Assembly: GCF_964355755.1 (NCBI RefSeq)
Contig: NC_092671.1
Coordinates: 14,508,001 to 14,572,000 of the forward strand
Reading direction: 5' to 3'
Origin: Antedon mediterranea
Lineage: Eukaryota > Animalia > Echinodermata
DNA: 64,000 nucleotides
Under the pieces are notes generated by a model. The model ran no database searches. It saw nothing but the letters and a program-made list of their open reading frames with translations, and was not told where the DNA came from. How positions within the stretch are numbered: position 1 is the stretch's first letter; every line of letters begins with the position of its first letter. Positions 29,291 to 44,459 of this stretch are shown here, in pieces. Made by a program: the position numbers and the translations under genes.

Positions 29291-32200
29291 ATCGGTTTAC
29301 GTAATAATGCATGAATAGGAAAAGTTACAGCATATTATTGGATTTGTAAGACAAAATTCCAATATTGACATTATATCGCACCTTTGGCCTGATAGGTGTA
29401 TGGAGTTTATTCTAGTTGTCGGAACTACGTACTTAATGAAAGACTAAATGACTGGAGGCATAGAAGAATAAGACATTGTGTGTTTAATGTTATCAATACG
29501 CCATAATTGGGTATCATAAAGTATATAGACTATTTGACTATATCCATATAATTTGACGTGTGACAACAATCAACTGGGTGATTTATTGTCAAATAGAATT
29601 GTCTTCTTTGATCTCCCGCTTGTAAACAAATATGATACTTTATTCTTGGTTGTTTATGTAAATTGTAAGAACTAATATTATCATTGAAAATATTTATTCA
29701 GTGCCGTAGTTTTTATTTAATTTGAGAAAATTTAGCGCAGTGATAAATTGAGAACGATAATGATGACTGCTAATTTACAATATAGTTTTCATTATCGCCA
29801 AATGAATTCATGATTTTGGTGTGTAAAATCTTTAGGATGTATCATGATTTTTTAGAGCCGTTTTGTAGGCCTACATGGACAGTATCCAAAAGAAATTCGA
29901 ATAATTGTTGTAGGCCTAAATACCATTCTAACATTGGTAGGCCTATACTATTAATAATATAATTACTCTATTGTTTGTCTTTTTATTATTGTTACTTATT
30001 ATCATTTATATATCGATGTTATTCTCAAACATACAATTTGTCGAGTTCATATAAAATACCCTATTTACCTTTAAAACTGATTTATTCGAGCACGCCACCT
30101 ATACAGCAGGAATATTTCAATCACAATATCGTACGACATTTTTTGGGGGTCAATAAATGACATTAATCAATATTTTATAGGCCTACTGATTTCTGTTACC
30201 AATAGTAATTATCTTATCTACATAACTGTAGGCCTATATTCGTTTGTACAATACAATAATAGTACAATGGCTATGACACCCATTGCCAAGAGAAACCAAC
30301 TCTTTGATTTTGATAGAAGCCCACGAAGACCAGTAGTCTCCACGTATAAAATCACACGTATTTGGTATACTATTCAACTCTTTCCGAAACCACTTCCATA
30401 CTCATTTACAACATGGCCACCCTCCACAAGCTAAAAACCGAAAAAAACGACCGTTCGAAGTGTGAGCAAATAACAATTAATTATGGAAAAATGTGATTTC
30501 AACACATTTGTCAACAGATTAATTCATAACCACTTGGCCTAAAGACTTATCCTTTAAGGGTAAAGACAGGCAGACGTCATACATTCCATAGAATTTAAGA
30601 ACAATACTTTGCTAAGAAAGACATACGGAAATATAAAAATGAGATTATAGGAGCCTAAATGAATTAATTAATCTGCTGTCATACGGTATCCACTTCTAAA
30701 CATGTATATAACTTTCCTAATGCTCGGTTCTCGAAACTCGTGTGCCCTAAACTCAAATCGGAAGACTTCGCAAACTCGTATGCCCTTATAAACTCAAATG
30801 GGAAGACTTCGCATAGTTTTTTCATTCATTTATTCAATGTTTTTATTTCGGAATCTCTGGTCCATAGAAAGTAAAATTACATATACATTTGTTAGTGCAT
30901 TATACACTATGGGGTGCGATCGCCGTCATGCACTTAGGATAGGCCTCCTACATTCCCTCTAGACATTGTAACCCGTCGCCGGGTATATAGAGGTATACTA
31001 TACTAGATGATTAAATATTTCAGATGCTTATTTCATTAACGATGCAGTGAAAGTGAAAACATTTGACTATAAGGGCCATGTTTAAATACATCGTGGCCAA
31101 TAACCTTTGGCATAATGAATCAGCTCTATTAAATTAGTAAGCCTCCCATACAAATACTCTTGCACTTTTAGCCGTTTTGCTTTTCTTTAGACTTATTAAA
31201 TGCCTTTTTAGCCCAAGCAAAATGTACGGAAAGTCACATTAATGTATATTATTAGGCCTAAAACTCCAAAACTAGAAGAACTCAGAAAGAAAGAAAGAAA
31301 TTTGGCGGTGGTCATAGTGTATTCCTTTTAACGCTTACGGAGAACGAAGTTAGAAGCCACACAATAGGCCTATGTCCTCTGGTGGGTCTATACATTTATA
31401 ATTTGACATATCATGCCCCGAGCAAAGTTTGTGGTTGAAAATAAAGTTGTTATTGTTTCTACATATGACTTACTTTAAAGTCTTGGAATACGTTAACATT
31501 TTCAAATAGGCTGTAAAATTATTACATTTTCCTATACACATAGGGACAATTAGATATATGAATACGACATTATATTAAAAGACCACACATTAAGATAACA
31601 TCCGTTTCAAATACACCGTTACAAATCATTAATATGATTTAAGGACTTGTTGATTTTTGTGGTCAAGTAATCTCTCAAGACAAACTATACTAAAATTGTT
31701 AGAAACGCATAGTGTCTGAATCGTTTTTATAAATCACTTCACTCAAAATACCCGGAAGTATTCGAAATAGGCCTACAATAGCATTTGTTTTATAATCAAT
31801 TGCTGTAATTTTACACAATAAAGTGTATTTATTATTCATTCTGTATCAATATAGGTATATGCACAATCACTTTTGGTGTACTAAAAGGCATTGATTTTAT
31901 TTGTGATGGTTGGCGATTGGTGGTAAAATTGCGTAGGCCCTATAACATCTGCGTTCAAAACATGAAACAAGAGACTATCGCACATTACCTAATTAAGTCG
32001 TCTTTTTGACGTTTGCCATTATATTTGGGTCTAGGCCTACAGTACAGTATTAATTTGATTTTAAAATGTTTGTCTCGCGGACGGTCGGTTAGTGACATTT
32101 AACTATTAGCAGTTAATTCTTGGCCATGTACCAATATGGAAATAATAAACTTTTACTTGTAAATGAGAAACGTGGAAATATTTAATTGTGCACAACAATT

Positions 32201-34591
32201 GTTATACTCTGTCGTGGGTGGGGGGCGGGGGGCACTCTCATATTCAGTTCAATATCATTGTCGTATTTTTAAAATTAATAATGTACAATCTTCGATGGTT
32301 ATAAAAATGTATATACCATCTACAAATTCGTAAATGTTTGCGTATTTTGAAAAAAAAAAGGGTTGTGTGATGTATCAACATTGACTTTAAAAGTATAGGC
32401 CTATGAAACAATACGCAAGTATGTAATGTTATTTTAGAATCAATTACAATATTAATCATGGCGAACGATAACAGACTTTATCGACATTTTTATCGCGGTA
32501 GATAAACGTATGTTTAAACATGTCATTTAATAATTAACAGACGAATGACGAAAAGAAAGTTGTATAGTGACGTTAAATGTGTGATTAGCGTTTTATATAG
32601 TTACATGATTTCGAACGATGTCAAACATGTTAATATTTTCCCGTTTCAATCTCCGTTCTTTCACATTCGATTAAGGTCTACATTTTCGAAACAATGTCTG
32701 TTTGGCGATTTAGCCTGTTTAAGTCGTTGAATAAGCGATGAGAGATGGTCCTCTAGCTGAAAGTGGTTTGGCATCGAACTTTTTACGTATGCGTAATTGT
32801 TATTTCCGTATGGCCTTGGTTCGTATTGCATATTAGTAATAGACCTGGGAAATTACATTTTCATACACGGTATAAAGAATACCTATGCTTGACGGGAGGA
32901 CCAAAATTACATCTGGCATATGGCACTTATAGTAATAGGTTAAGGGCGTAAAATCATGATACATATTTTACAAGGTTTTTCTTATTAATAACATATTTTG
33001 GCAAAATTACAATTTGTTATCTATTAAGCGCATCGCGGATATTGTACAGAATTATTATTTATATAATAAAAATAGCAATTTAAAACCCTGTGCTGCTCTT
33101 CAAATAAGCATTTCCGAATATTATTTGTTTCAATATACAGTAATCGTAATATATATATTTATCTGATGGGTATCGTACAATGAATTAGCTTTAGTTGTAT
33201 AATAGTACTAGTGCATGTTTCATTTGCTATGCCATTTAATACTTCAAACAGCAGACTAATTTCAATTCATCTTTAAAAGATACAGAATAGTATAGTTTTA
33301 TCCACGGGTTAGATTCCTGGCACGAAAAGCAATTTGTTTATATCATTGTTTTCGTTATTTTCTTATAGTTATTTTAAAATGAACCTACTGGGGGAAACAT
33401 CACCATTGTTTACTTCAAATAATTGTATAATACATTATACTGCGATTTTAAAGGGGACATTATATGTTTGGAAGTGTAAACTTATTACGTGGGGTTGCCT
33501 ACAATGGCACCTTTAAAAAAATAGTTTTAAAAGTGTAAACGTCTGACAGTTTTTAAAAATGTTACACAAAATTGGAGTTATCACATTTACGCATGCATCG
33601 TCATGTTTCCTTTCATTTAAAATATGCCAATTTTATCCACTTTTATTTTAGTTCTGATGTTTTTTTTTATTTTTTAAATATCAATTCAAGGCAATTGCGT
33701 TGATTCATCCTTTGAACAGAAAAGTACATTTTAATAAGATATTAATGAAGCCTAACGTTCTTAACGAACAGAAAAATATATTTAAGCAAAGCATGCAAAA
33801 ATAAACAGCTATGGTAATAAGTTTAACATTAAGTTAGAAGCTATAAGATGACATAAATCTGATGTGTAACTACAATAAATTGACTGTTAATTTACATTAA
33901 TCTTTTATATATTGTGTAATAATAAAAATATATGGAATGATTTAAAAAGTATACAATCAGTTAAGATACCATAGACCATAAAATGGCCCAACGTTCAAAT
34001 TCAATCTTGTTACCAGAATGTGATGTGTCGATAAGAATCATATATATATATATATAATTTACATATATATATACTTATATTTATTTATGTTGTTTAAAAC
34101 AGACAAGATACGCACATATTTATCTTTTTACTACCAATCCCAAGACAAAATTACAACCAATCAAGCAGGCCAAAATTTCCCAGGCAGAAATTAAATAAAA
34201 GGCCATAAATTATAAGATACCTTCATTGACAATAAACAAATTATGTTGGCAACCTCAACTAGTGTCTTGAAGCATCCAATCATAAATAAAAATTGGCCAC
34301 GAAACTCCAGAAAGCCCAACTATAGCTGATGACCTACTTCATCCTTGTTTAAAGCAAATACACATGCAAGGGCGTTCACATTTAAATACGGAATAGGGGA
34401 AGGATAGAGGAACAACATTGCAATAATGAAAAAAACACATTCCCATAAAAATAAGTCAAACTTTTAAGGAGTAATCAAAATATTACAGCACCATCCTTCA
34501 TCCATTTAAACTTTCTTCCTTCTCATTGTTTCCCACCCACCGGTGCATTATACCATTCCCTTCGTAAACCTCTGCTGACTGGCTTACCACG

Positions 34592-37500
34592 CTACGCATA
34601 GTACCTATATATTAATACCATTATGATACAAGTTACTATCATGCCACCAAATAAGATAAATTTGTCTTGAACAGAACGCTTTTCTATCAGTCTCATTACA
34701 GTGTTGCTTAGCCCTAATGTGTTTGCAAGGTCCAACATTTTCTTCTTTGTACCCTGAAAAACAATGCAATCAATTCAATTGTTCAGTTCATATCTTAATG
34801 TAATTTAATAATTGTGTGGGGTCTCCAACATACATAGTCTCTTTGTATGGGTTCTCTGTTATTAATTTGTGCAGCTACACTGCTGGTTGTCTGTCTCTAA
34901 ACTACTCTCTAAACTTTGACAAAAAAATGTCATGTACCCATATATGGACATCATATCACTACCATATGTGGGCATATCACTTATTTTGGCAAATCACACT
35001 GTTTTAATCAAACTAGTTTGATAGTGATGTTACTACGTTGTGGCTACAGTACACTTAAAATATTCTGGTGGTCACGTGCGGATATTCTGTTGTACAGTAT
35101 ACTAATTATACACTCTGTCCATATGAAATTAATATTTAGTCTCTGGCATAAAGTTAAAAACAGCCATTCAACAAAAACTATGGGACGAATTTCAATGTCG
35201 GCCATAAACACCGAAAACTGGAAAAAAAGAAGATTTTATCACACCTACTCAGTATTTCATGTTTGCAAAGTCAAGGTTATTTTTTAATTAATTCTAAAAA
35301 TTACATTCTACAAAAATCTTGAAAAGTCATTTTCAAATGATTCACATTTTGTACGCCAATCAAAATGCAAAGAATGATACAATCATCGCTAATGAATTTA
35401 TGACACAAAGCCTAGTTTGTAAAGCCTTCGACATACGATATCTTTGGGTGTTAAGCCGGGAAAACAGTATTGGTATCCTTGTCAACATTCTTCAAAGACA
35501 AGGCTTGTATCCATGTCAACTATACCTATTATGAACAGTTTTTAATTGCGTTTCTTGACAGTGTCACCACTGTACATGAACCATGATACACTTTTCCTTC
35601 GTGACAATTATTAGTTAGGTATATGCGCTGTAATTTGAAGTTTCCACACAACAACTACCGCATTGTTTGGCCAACATGAATTTGAGCAGCTACAAAGTTG
35701 ATATTTAATCAACGAAACTTTCAGTTGTAGCTCTGGGATTAAATCGATATCAAAATATGACAGTTTATTGAGAAAACACAAAACAAGTTGTGTGTAACAT
35801 TGTAACTAATCTGTTACTTTAAAAGCAGAATTTAAAGCAAGATCTAATTCAAAACAAACTCAATAATTTAATGACCATGCATGATAGAACTGCCAATAAA
35901 GTGTTCATTTCATGCTACAAATTATTTAGTACACAATTTTAGTGATATACAGTATGTATCAATACGTATGTAATAATCAAGGGCATTATAATGATCAAAT
36001 ATTCTATCCTACACAATCAAGACAACTATTATATTACTATTAAACAATTTTGATTTGTTTTAAACAACCATGTCTTCTAGCCTACTGACTGTACAGTAAT
36101 GTACTGCCATAATGTACTGAGCCATACTTCCACACAGTTTTAATAAGAAAATCCAAAGTTTTCATCATCATTATTATGAGAATATTGACATCTGTCATAT
36201 ACCCTCACATAATCTATAGCAACTAGACGTCTTACTGTACAACACAAAGAATTAAGTGCTAACCTTTTGGAAGTTCTATTTTTTTAGGTCCTGTAGATAT
36301 AAGATTAGAATTGTTAATACTGTACTTCAGACACAGAAATAGATTAAACTAAGAAACCTTCTAATTTTTTTTAAAGTCATACACACACAAAAAGAATGTA
36401 TGTATTGTAAGAAGGAGTGGCAATATTATATGATATATTGTCAATATTTGGCTGCATGCCATCAGTAAAACTTCAAATATAACATTTTTCCATGTATTTT
36501 TAGTTGTAATGAAGGAACAATGACCATCCTGTTAACAGAGAGACATTTGTTTTTATATACTGTAACAACTATCGTAAATAAATTCCTTGGGCGTCATTGA
36601 AATATAACCTTTCATCACTCGCCTCATGGCATTATTTGTACCATTCCGCAATAATAATTATTTGTATATTATTTAATGGAAAAGAGTATTCACTATTTAG
36701 AACAGTGGAATTTAGATTAGGAATTTTAGTTTAGAACAAATACCTCCATGCATTCTTATAAATGTTTGCAAAATGAATGAAACATTCATTCAAAGGGGAC
36801 TAAATTATTTCAGAATTTTAATACACACCATGGTACTGAGTATTTTTTAATTCATAAATGAGAAAATGGCAGTATGACAAACAAAATCATGATAAGAGGT
36901 AATATTCACATACTTCAAAAAGAATTTTGAAATTCTTGAAATAATCGCATAACTAAAGCGTTAAGCTTCAGAATCCATGTTAATGCAAGAGGAATTACGG
37001 ACAACAAATCATAAACAAGAGAAAAAGATGAGTCAATGTATACAGTTTATATCCGCCTCTAGTAGATGGTAGGCGGTTACTCTCTTACTGATGTCTGATG
37101 TTACTATTATATAGCCACACTATTTTAACAAATTTTTTATACCAATACAACATTGAACAGTGGCTATATTCTATAAGTCTAGTTAATTATTTTGTTTGCT
37201 TCTGAATAGTAGAAAAGCTCAGATACTGAGTAAAAAAAATATTTTTAAAGAAAACGACATAAAAACTTGGCTTGGCATAGAAAAAAGCGTGTCAGTTGAT
37301 TTTCTACAACACAAAAAATGTGACCATGTGGAGTGGAGAGAGAACAGTTAGCCTGTATGAAGAGTGAACAAGAAATGATCAAAATAATTTAAACACTACA
37401 GTAGTTCTCCTTGATAAATTTGTCAACAACCCAACTCTCCTTTATCATCTATCAACAATCACCATCAGAAATGTAGAAAAGCATGTAAGCATTAATTTCA

Positions 37501-40237
37501 AGGACTGATTTAATTACTGAATTAAAATGAACAATTATCACAGTGATCAATTGAATTAGAATATAGAGCCAAATGTCTATGCAATGAGTTGTTAACATTA
37601 AGCTAATTGTGTCCCAGCATTTGGTGTTTCTCATTAAAGAACACTGCAATATTTATACACATTGTTAGTTAAACACGCGATATAAACCACAGCTTATAAT
37701 AGGTGTAATGAAACGTGATGATAGCAACACAGTGTGATGAGTAACATGGAATTACCATAAAGTATTATTTAAGACAACTTTTATTTTTCAATTCAATGTC
37801 TTTAAATTGAAAGAAAAGCAGAATGTATTTGATGAAAAGAAAAGTACAGTTCTGTATGTATGTTATTATAAAATAATGCCTGGGTTTGTTAATCAATATT
37901 AGTTAGGTCTTAATTTTGATTAATCTCTATAATTGTTGCTCTGTACACTATCAAACTAGTTTGACAAAAAAAAGTGTGATGTGCTCAAATATGGTAGTGA
38001 TATGACATCATCATGTCCATATATGGGTACATCACATTTTGTTGTCACATAAAGTTTAATACTGTAGACAGAGCTTTAGAATATCATTGTCACAGTAAAT
38101 ATCTTTTATATTCATGCTGTGGAATTTTCTATTCTTTCTTTTATTAAGTTTAAAACCTTCAAGCTTAAAGTATTTAGAGAAATTAAACTGGAAGAACAAA
38201 AAAGAAAGATGACACTGACCTTTAATATATTGCGCTGTGATCGGAGGTTAGCCATTGATTCAGCTCCTTGACCAATCAGATCACTTACACCATTAATAGA
38301 ACTCCGTAAAGATGAATGAAATTGTAAGTCATGATCTATATCAATAGCTGCACTATCCTAAATAAAGATAAATTTAAAAATTGCTGATAATGATTATAAT
38401 TAGTCAGTACATGTACAGTTTATTTTTTTGTTAATTTATACGTAGTTTTACTTTTTATGGACCAGAGACTAGTATAATGATTTAGAAAACAGTAAGTTTT
38501 TGGAGAGTTGAATATAACTGTACTACAGAAATTGAAAAAAGTTAATAGAGGATAGAGGGCGACAATCTAGAAATATGTTTGAAAAATTTCATCTGGTTGT
38601 GGAATAGGTATTAAATAAAATTTCTTTTTGAACCGGATAGGTTTCGAAACGTACTGCAAGTTGTTCAAAAAGAAATTTTTTAATCTAGAAATAGCTAAAA
38701 TGAGTACGGTAAACATGATAAAGTGTGATTAAATTTTATTAATAGAGTACTGTATATCAAAAGTAGGTAAAACTTACATTAGTTGTGTAACTGCGATTTA
38801 GCAATTCTTCTCTATCTTGTGCTTCTTGTTGCGCTCTTTCACGACGTTGTTGGAGCAACTGTAGCGCTGTATGCAGATGCGACAAATCATACTTCAGCTT
38901 GTCTACTTGTCTACAAGTTTAAAAACGACAAATATTCTGGATTGTATTTTAATATAATATATATTAAAAATTTAATATTACAAAATATATCTTTTTTCTA
39001 ATTTTTAACACAATAAAAACGTTTTATAATATAATTATATTGTTAGATGTCTTTATGAGAATGTAAATGTAAATTTACATTTTTGCATGTTGTCTTCTTG
39101 ACGGAGGTTCCTTGTTAACTAGAATATCTAGGCGTTCACAGTTACTTGTGATGCGTTCAAGACGATCCCGCACATCATTTTCTAAAGCTAAGAAATAAGA
39201 AAAGTATATCATTGTTGGTAAAGCATCGGTAAAAGTAGAAAGATTAATAAAATGATAATATTTGGTAGAAATATGGATACAGATAGTTAGTTGAATATGT
39301 ATTGATAAATTCAATATTTGGTTGAATATATGGAATGGTACGTACTGTGATAATTCTCATTCGAAGCCTTCTCTAACCTGCCAAGACTATTCTGTACATC
39401 ATGAATTATTCTGTAAGGAATGTGTTAAATATCATTATATACACAATTGTAATGATACTACTTACTAATTATTATAGTAGGTCTACTGCTTAGCTAACCT
39501 ACTGATAAATTCAATAAATAGATTATAAAACATTTTTACAATTCTAAATGATAGGCCTAGTTCCCTAGCTTTACTATAGGGAAATAAAACCATGCATAAT
39601 GCGCAATTTGAAAAATTTGTGAAATTTTAAATTGAACTAAAATACTCAATTAAAATTCGCAGACATTTCAAACAAACAAAGAGTAGGCCTATTTCTGTAT
39701 TATTTGATAAACCACAGCTCGAAATAAACTAATAATAAAATGTTTGTTTTAAATATAAACTAAAATGATTTATCTAGGCATAATTACTCCATGGTATAAT
39801 AAAAAATAATTCTTATTATTGTGCAATTTCAAATTGCGCAAGAAAATTCTTTGCGCAAATTTCGGATATCACAAACAGTACAACAATAATATTACGGTAA
39901 TAGAATACACAGTATTTATATGAACGAATTCCAAAATACTAACTAGGCCTAGGCCTACTATCTAGGTCTAGACCAAAGACTACACTATAGGCCTAAAGTA
40001 CTACTGAAAGCGGGGCCGGCCGGCCTAACTAGGCCTAGGCGGAAAGGACCAGCTAGCTAGAGAGAGTGCTTAGTTAGCTAGATGAGAGGGGAGAGGCCTA
40101 AACAGAACAATTTGAACTTCAATATTATACACCATGATAATGCTTTGAATAGTATAAGTTATACATATTTCATTGATTGAATTTCTATCAAATTCATATT
40201 AAATTTACCTGTTTGTTTGGTGATACAAGTTGTCCAT
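34592..40237 (-). CDS. GOSR2: Golgi SNAP receptor complex member 2 (membrin, Qb-SNARE), 6 exons, ~211 aa
   Basis: Exons 40237-40209, 39410-39346, 39187-39079, 38910-38778, 38357-38220 and 34753-34592 (636 nt). They give [10 protein letters not shown]...[26 protein letters not shown]...[13 protein letters not shown]...[53 protein letters not shown], ending in a C-terminal transmembrane anchor. Confidence 0.95.
34891..35029. mobile_element. MITE family 1, copy 2
   Basis: Degenerate, inverted copy of 6411-6550 in the last GOSR2 intron. Confidence 0.65.
37938..38075. mobile_element. MITE family 1, copy 3
   Basis: gctctgtacactatcaaact...tgtagacagagct with the same interior as 6411-6550. Confidence 0.8.
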
Positions 40238-40799
40238 ATTTTATAATTTTTTAATTCCACATCATCAGATCGCAGAGCGAATAAGCTGTACTTCGTACCA
40301 ACAACAGATATTCGAGTTATCCAAAACAATTCAAACGCGTTTATGTGCAGTTTTACCGAACAACAACGTGATAGGTTCTTTGGTACACACTCTCTTTCAT
40401 CAGTAATAAAACGCGTTTATTAGGTATTCAAACGACGTCGTCATGTGAGAAAAAATATCAAGAATCGAACGTGTTTCAGGTATATAAAATATACCAAATT
40501 GGCTAGTTGAGAATTCTCAACTATTACCGCAGTACGCCTGTAACGACGAAGCCTACCGGTATAATGGGATAGGCTGATTTCCTTGTTAACTTAAGGGGTC
40601 ATTTAATTACTGAATTATGATTGGTAGTAAAGGAAATTTACTGGAATCCTATTGGATGGTAAGGTGGTAGTAGGACCATGTCCATCCCATTGCAGTAATA
40701 AAGTTGAGCCACCTGCGACCATTACAATGTCCTACCATGCTAATGTAGGAGTGGGGAAATGTTATGCTTACTACTGTTTCTTTTAATAATTTAGTACAA

Positions 40800-42715
40800 T
40801 TAATAAGAATAAAGAATACACTTAACAATATACAACAAATAACATTAATGTACGATGTAGTTTAACACTGTTCTCAACTATAGTCATTTTGGTATACTTG
40901 AGCACATTGATAAAGAATAGGATAAACTTAACAATATACAACAAATAACATTAATGTACGATCCCGTTTAACACTGTTCTTCTCAACTATAGTCATTTTG
41001 GTATACTTGAGCACAGTGATAAAGAATAGGATAAACTTAACAATATACAACAACAATGTACGATCCCGTTTAACACTGTTCTCAACTATAGTCATTTTGG
41101 TATACTTGAGCACAGTGATAAAGAATAGGATAAACTTAACAATATACAACAAAAAACATTAATGTACGATCCAGTTTAACACTGTTCTCAACTATAGTCA
41201 TTTTGGTATACTTGAGAACAGTTATAAAGAATAGGATAAACTTAACAATATACAACAAAAAACATTAATGTACGATCCCGTTTAACACTGTTCTCAACTA
41301 TAGTCATTTTGGTATACTTGAGCACAGTGATAAAGAATAGGATAAACTTAGCAATATACAACAAAAAACATTAATGTACGATCCAGTTTAACACTGTTCT
41401 CAACTATAGTCATTTTGGTATACTTGAGAACAGTGATAAAGAATAGGATAAACTTAACAATATACAACAAAAAACATTAATGTACGATCCCGTTTAACAC
41501 TGTTCTCAACTATAGTCATTTTGGTATACTTGAGCACAGTGATAAAGAATAGGATAAACTTAATAATATACAACAAATAACATTAATGTACGATCCAGTT
41601 TACCACTGTTCTCAACTATAGTCATTTTTGTATACTTGAGCACAGTGATAAAGAATAGGATAAACTTAAAAATATACAACAAAAAACATTAATGTACGAT
41701 CCAGTTTAACACTGTTCTCAACTATAGTCATTTTGGTATACTTGAGCACAGTAATAAAGAATAGGATAAACTTAAAAATATACAACAAAAAACATTAATG
41801 TACGATCCAGTTTAACACTGTTCTCAACTATAGTTATTTTGGTATACTTGAGAACAGTGATAAAGAATAGGATAAACTTAACAATATACAACAAAAAACA
41901 TTAATGTACGATCCAGTTTAACTCTGTTCTCAACTATAGTCATTTTGGTATACTTGAGAACAGTGATAAAGAATAGGATAAACTTAACAATATACAACAA
42001 AAAACATTAATGTACGATCCAGTTTAACACTGTTCTCAACTATAGTTATTTTGGTATACTTGAGAACAGTGATAAAGAATAGGATAAACTTCACAATATA
42101 CAACAAAAAACATTAATGTACGATCCAGTTTAACTCTGTTCTCAACTATAGTCATTTTGGTATACTTGAGAACAGTGATAAAGAATAGGATAAACTTAAC
42201 AATATACAACAAAAAACGTACATTAATGTACGATCCCGTTTAACACTGTTCTCGACTATAGTCATTTTGGTATACTTGAGCACAGTGATAAAGAATAGGA
42301 TAAACTTAACAATATACAACAAAAAACATTAATGTACGATCCCGTTTAACACTGTTCTCAACTATAGTCATTTTGGTATACTTAAGCACAGTGATAAAGA
42401 ATAGGATAAACTTAATAATATACAACAAATAGCATTAATGTACGATCCAGTTTAACACTGTTCTCAACTATAGTCATTTTGGTATACTTGAGCACAGTGA
42501 TAAAGAATAGGATAAACTTAATAATATACAACAAATAACATTAATGTACGATCCAGTTTACCACTGTTCTCAACTATAGTCATTTTGGTATACTTGAGCA
42601 CAGTGATAAAGAATAGGATAAACTTAACAATATACAACAAAAAACATTAATGTACGATCCCGTTTACCACTACTGTTCTCAACTATAGTCATTTTGGTAT
42701 ACTTGAGCACAGTGA
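40800..42715 (+). repeat. Left arm of A: 106-bp tandem array, ~18 copies
   Basis: Period of 106 measured at 41071, 41177 and 41283. Unit tgataaagaataggataaacttaacaatatac...cactgttctcaactatagtcattttggtatacttgagcacag. Confidence 0.95.
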
Positions 42716-43950
42716 TATCGTACATATGTTCATAAGTAATTGATATAAATTGACTTTTAAAAGTGGAATTAACACAAATGATTGTAGATAAATATGACGT
42801 GAATTGCACGTACATAATGTTGATGAGTAGTATATTTATATAAATCGACTTTGAAAAGTGAAATAACACTAATATTTGTAGATGAATATGACGTGGACAC
42901 GTACGTATATTGATTAGTATATTGATATAAATCGACTTTTAAAAGTCAAATTAACACTAATATTTGTAGATGAATATGACTTGGACACGATTTACATATG
43001 TTGATGAGTATATTGATATAAATCGACTTTTAAAAGTGAAATAACACTAATATTTGTAGATGAATATGACGTGGACACGTACGGTACATAATGTTGATGA
43101 GTATATTGATATAAATCGACTTTTAAAAGTGAAATAACACTATTGATTGTAGATGAATATGACGTGGACAAGTACATTTATTGATGAGTATATTGATATA
43201 AATCGACTTTTAAAAGTGAAATAACACTATTAATTGTACACTATTGATCATATATGAATATGACGTGAATTGCACGTACATATGTTGATGAGTAGGCCTA
43301 TATTGATATAATTGACTTCGAAAAGTGAAATAACACTAATATTTATAGATGAATATGACGTGGACACGTACATATGTTGATGAGTATATTGATATAAATC
43401 GACTTCTAAAAGAGGAATTAACACTATTGATTGTAGACGTGAATTGCACGTACATATGTTGATGAGTGTATTGATATAAATCGACTAAACGTTAAATAAC
43501 ACTATCTTGTACAAGTACCCTCACTTGCACTGATGAAGGGCTAGTGTTGCCCGAAAACTCTGCTAACTTTTTTGGCTGTTTTACTTTATCGTTTTGATTT
43601 AGCTTTTCGCTTCTTTTTTTGTATCTCCATTGAGACCACAGCATTGTTATTATTTCAGTATTTTGCTTTTGGATTTACTAATATTAAAAGTGAAATAACA
43701 CTAATGACTGTAGATGATATGACATTTATGTTGATGTATATAGTTTTGTATATATAATATGCACACGTACATACGTTGATAGGTATTGATATAAATAGAT
43801 TTTTAAAAGTACGGTAATAGACACTTTATTTGTAGATGAATACGACATGGACAAGTTGCAATAAATTCTATCGTTATATCGTATGTTGATGAGTATTGAT
43901 ATAAATCGACTTTTTTAAAGTGGAATAACACTAAAATGTATAGATGGATA
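42716..43950. repeat. Central ~87-93-bp tandem array of A (~11-12 diverged copies)
   Basis: aatcgactttt recurs at 42931, 43021, 43114 and 43201. The array is interrupted at ~43505-43685. Confidence 0.85.
43521..43677 (+). mobile_element. Second copy of the hammerhead-motif repeat
   Basis: gca-CTGATGA-A-GGGC-tagtgtt-GCCC-GAAA-AC-TC-tgc, core at 43530-43560. Homologous to 8164-8336. Confidence 0.6.
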
Positions 43951-44171
43951 TGGCCTCAACAAGTATTGTATTAAGCGGTACTGTATATTGATAGACTTCA
44001 TACCTGTAATGTCAATGAAATCTGGCAACAAGAATTGTGTTTGATCCTCCTAATAGTATTCTAATAATCTTGGTTTGTAAAGGAGGCATGAAAAATCTAA
44101 ACGCATAGCCAGGGGAGGGGTTGGAGTTTCGAACAAACTTCTCTGTGCCCGTCCTACGGTTTTTGTGAACT

Positions 44172-44286
44172 TTTTAGTAGCGTGCAAACGCGACTCTACA
44201 GCTCACTATGTCGATCGGTCGGTCGGTAAACACCAACTCAAATTAGAGCACGCGACTGCAGCCATGTATAGGCCTATGGCCTGTTT
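44172..44286 (+). mobile_element. Short Helentron-associated (HINE/DINE-1-like) element
   Basis: T-rich flanks, subterminal inverted repeat tagtagcgtgc...gcacgcgact, an internal (gtcg)n microsatellite, and a 3' gcca...tggc hairpin followed by tgttt. Confidence 0.55.
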
Positions 44287-44459
44287 ATACTAGAAATCAG
44301 CAGTGAAAGTATATGTAAATAATATGTGTTAATATAGAATTAGTTTTTTTTATTTAATAAATAGTATTAAAGTTGATCTTATTCTTTATCTGTGATTAAT
44401 TATACTCAAATGACTATAGTTTAAAACAGTATTTAACGGCATCTTACATTAATGTTATT

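Noticed and set aside
37452-37649. Candidate last GOSR2 exon
   Set aside because: No similarity to membrin; the true final exon is 34753-34592.
40928-43177. Short minus-strand ORFs within element A
   Set aside because: By-products of the tandem repeats, with no transposase motifs.
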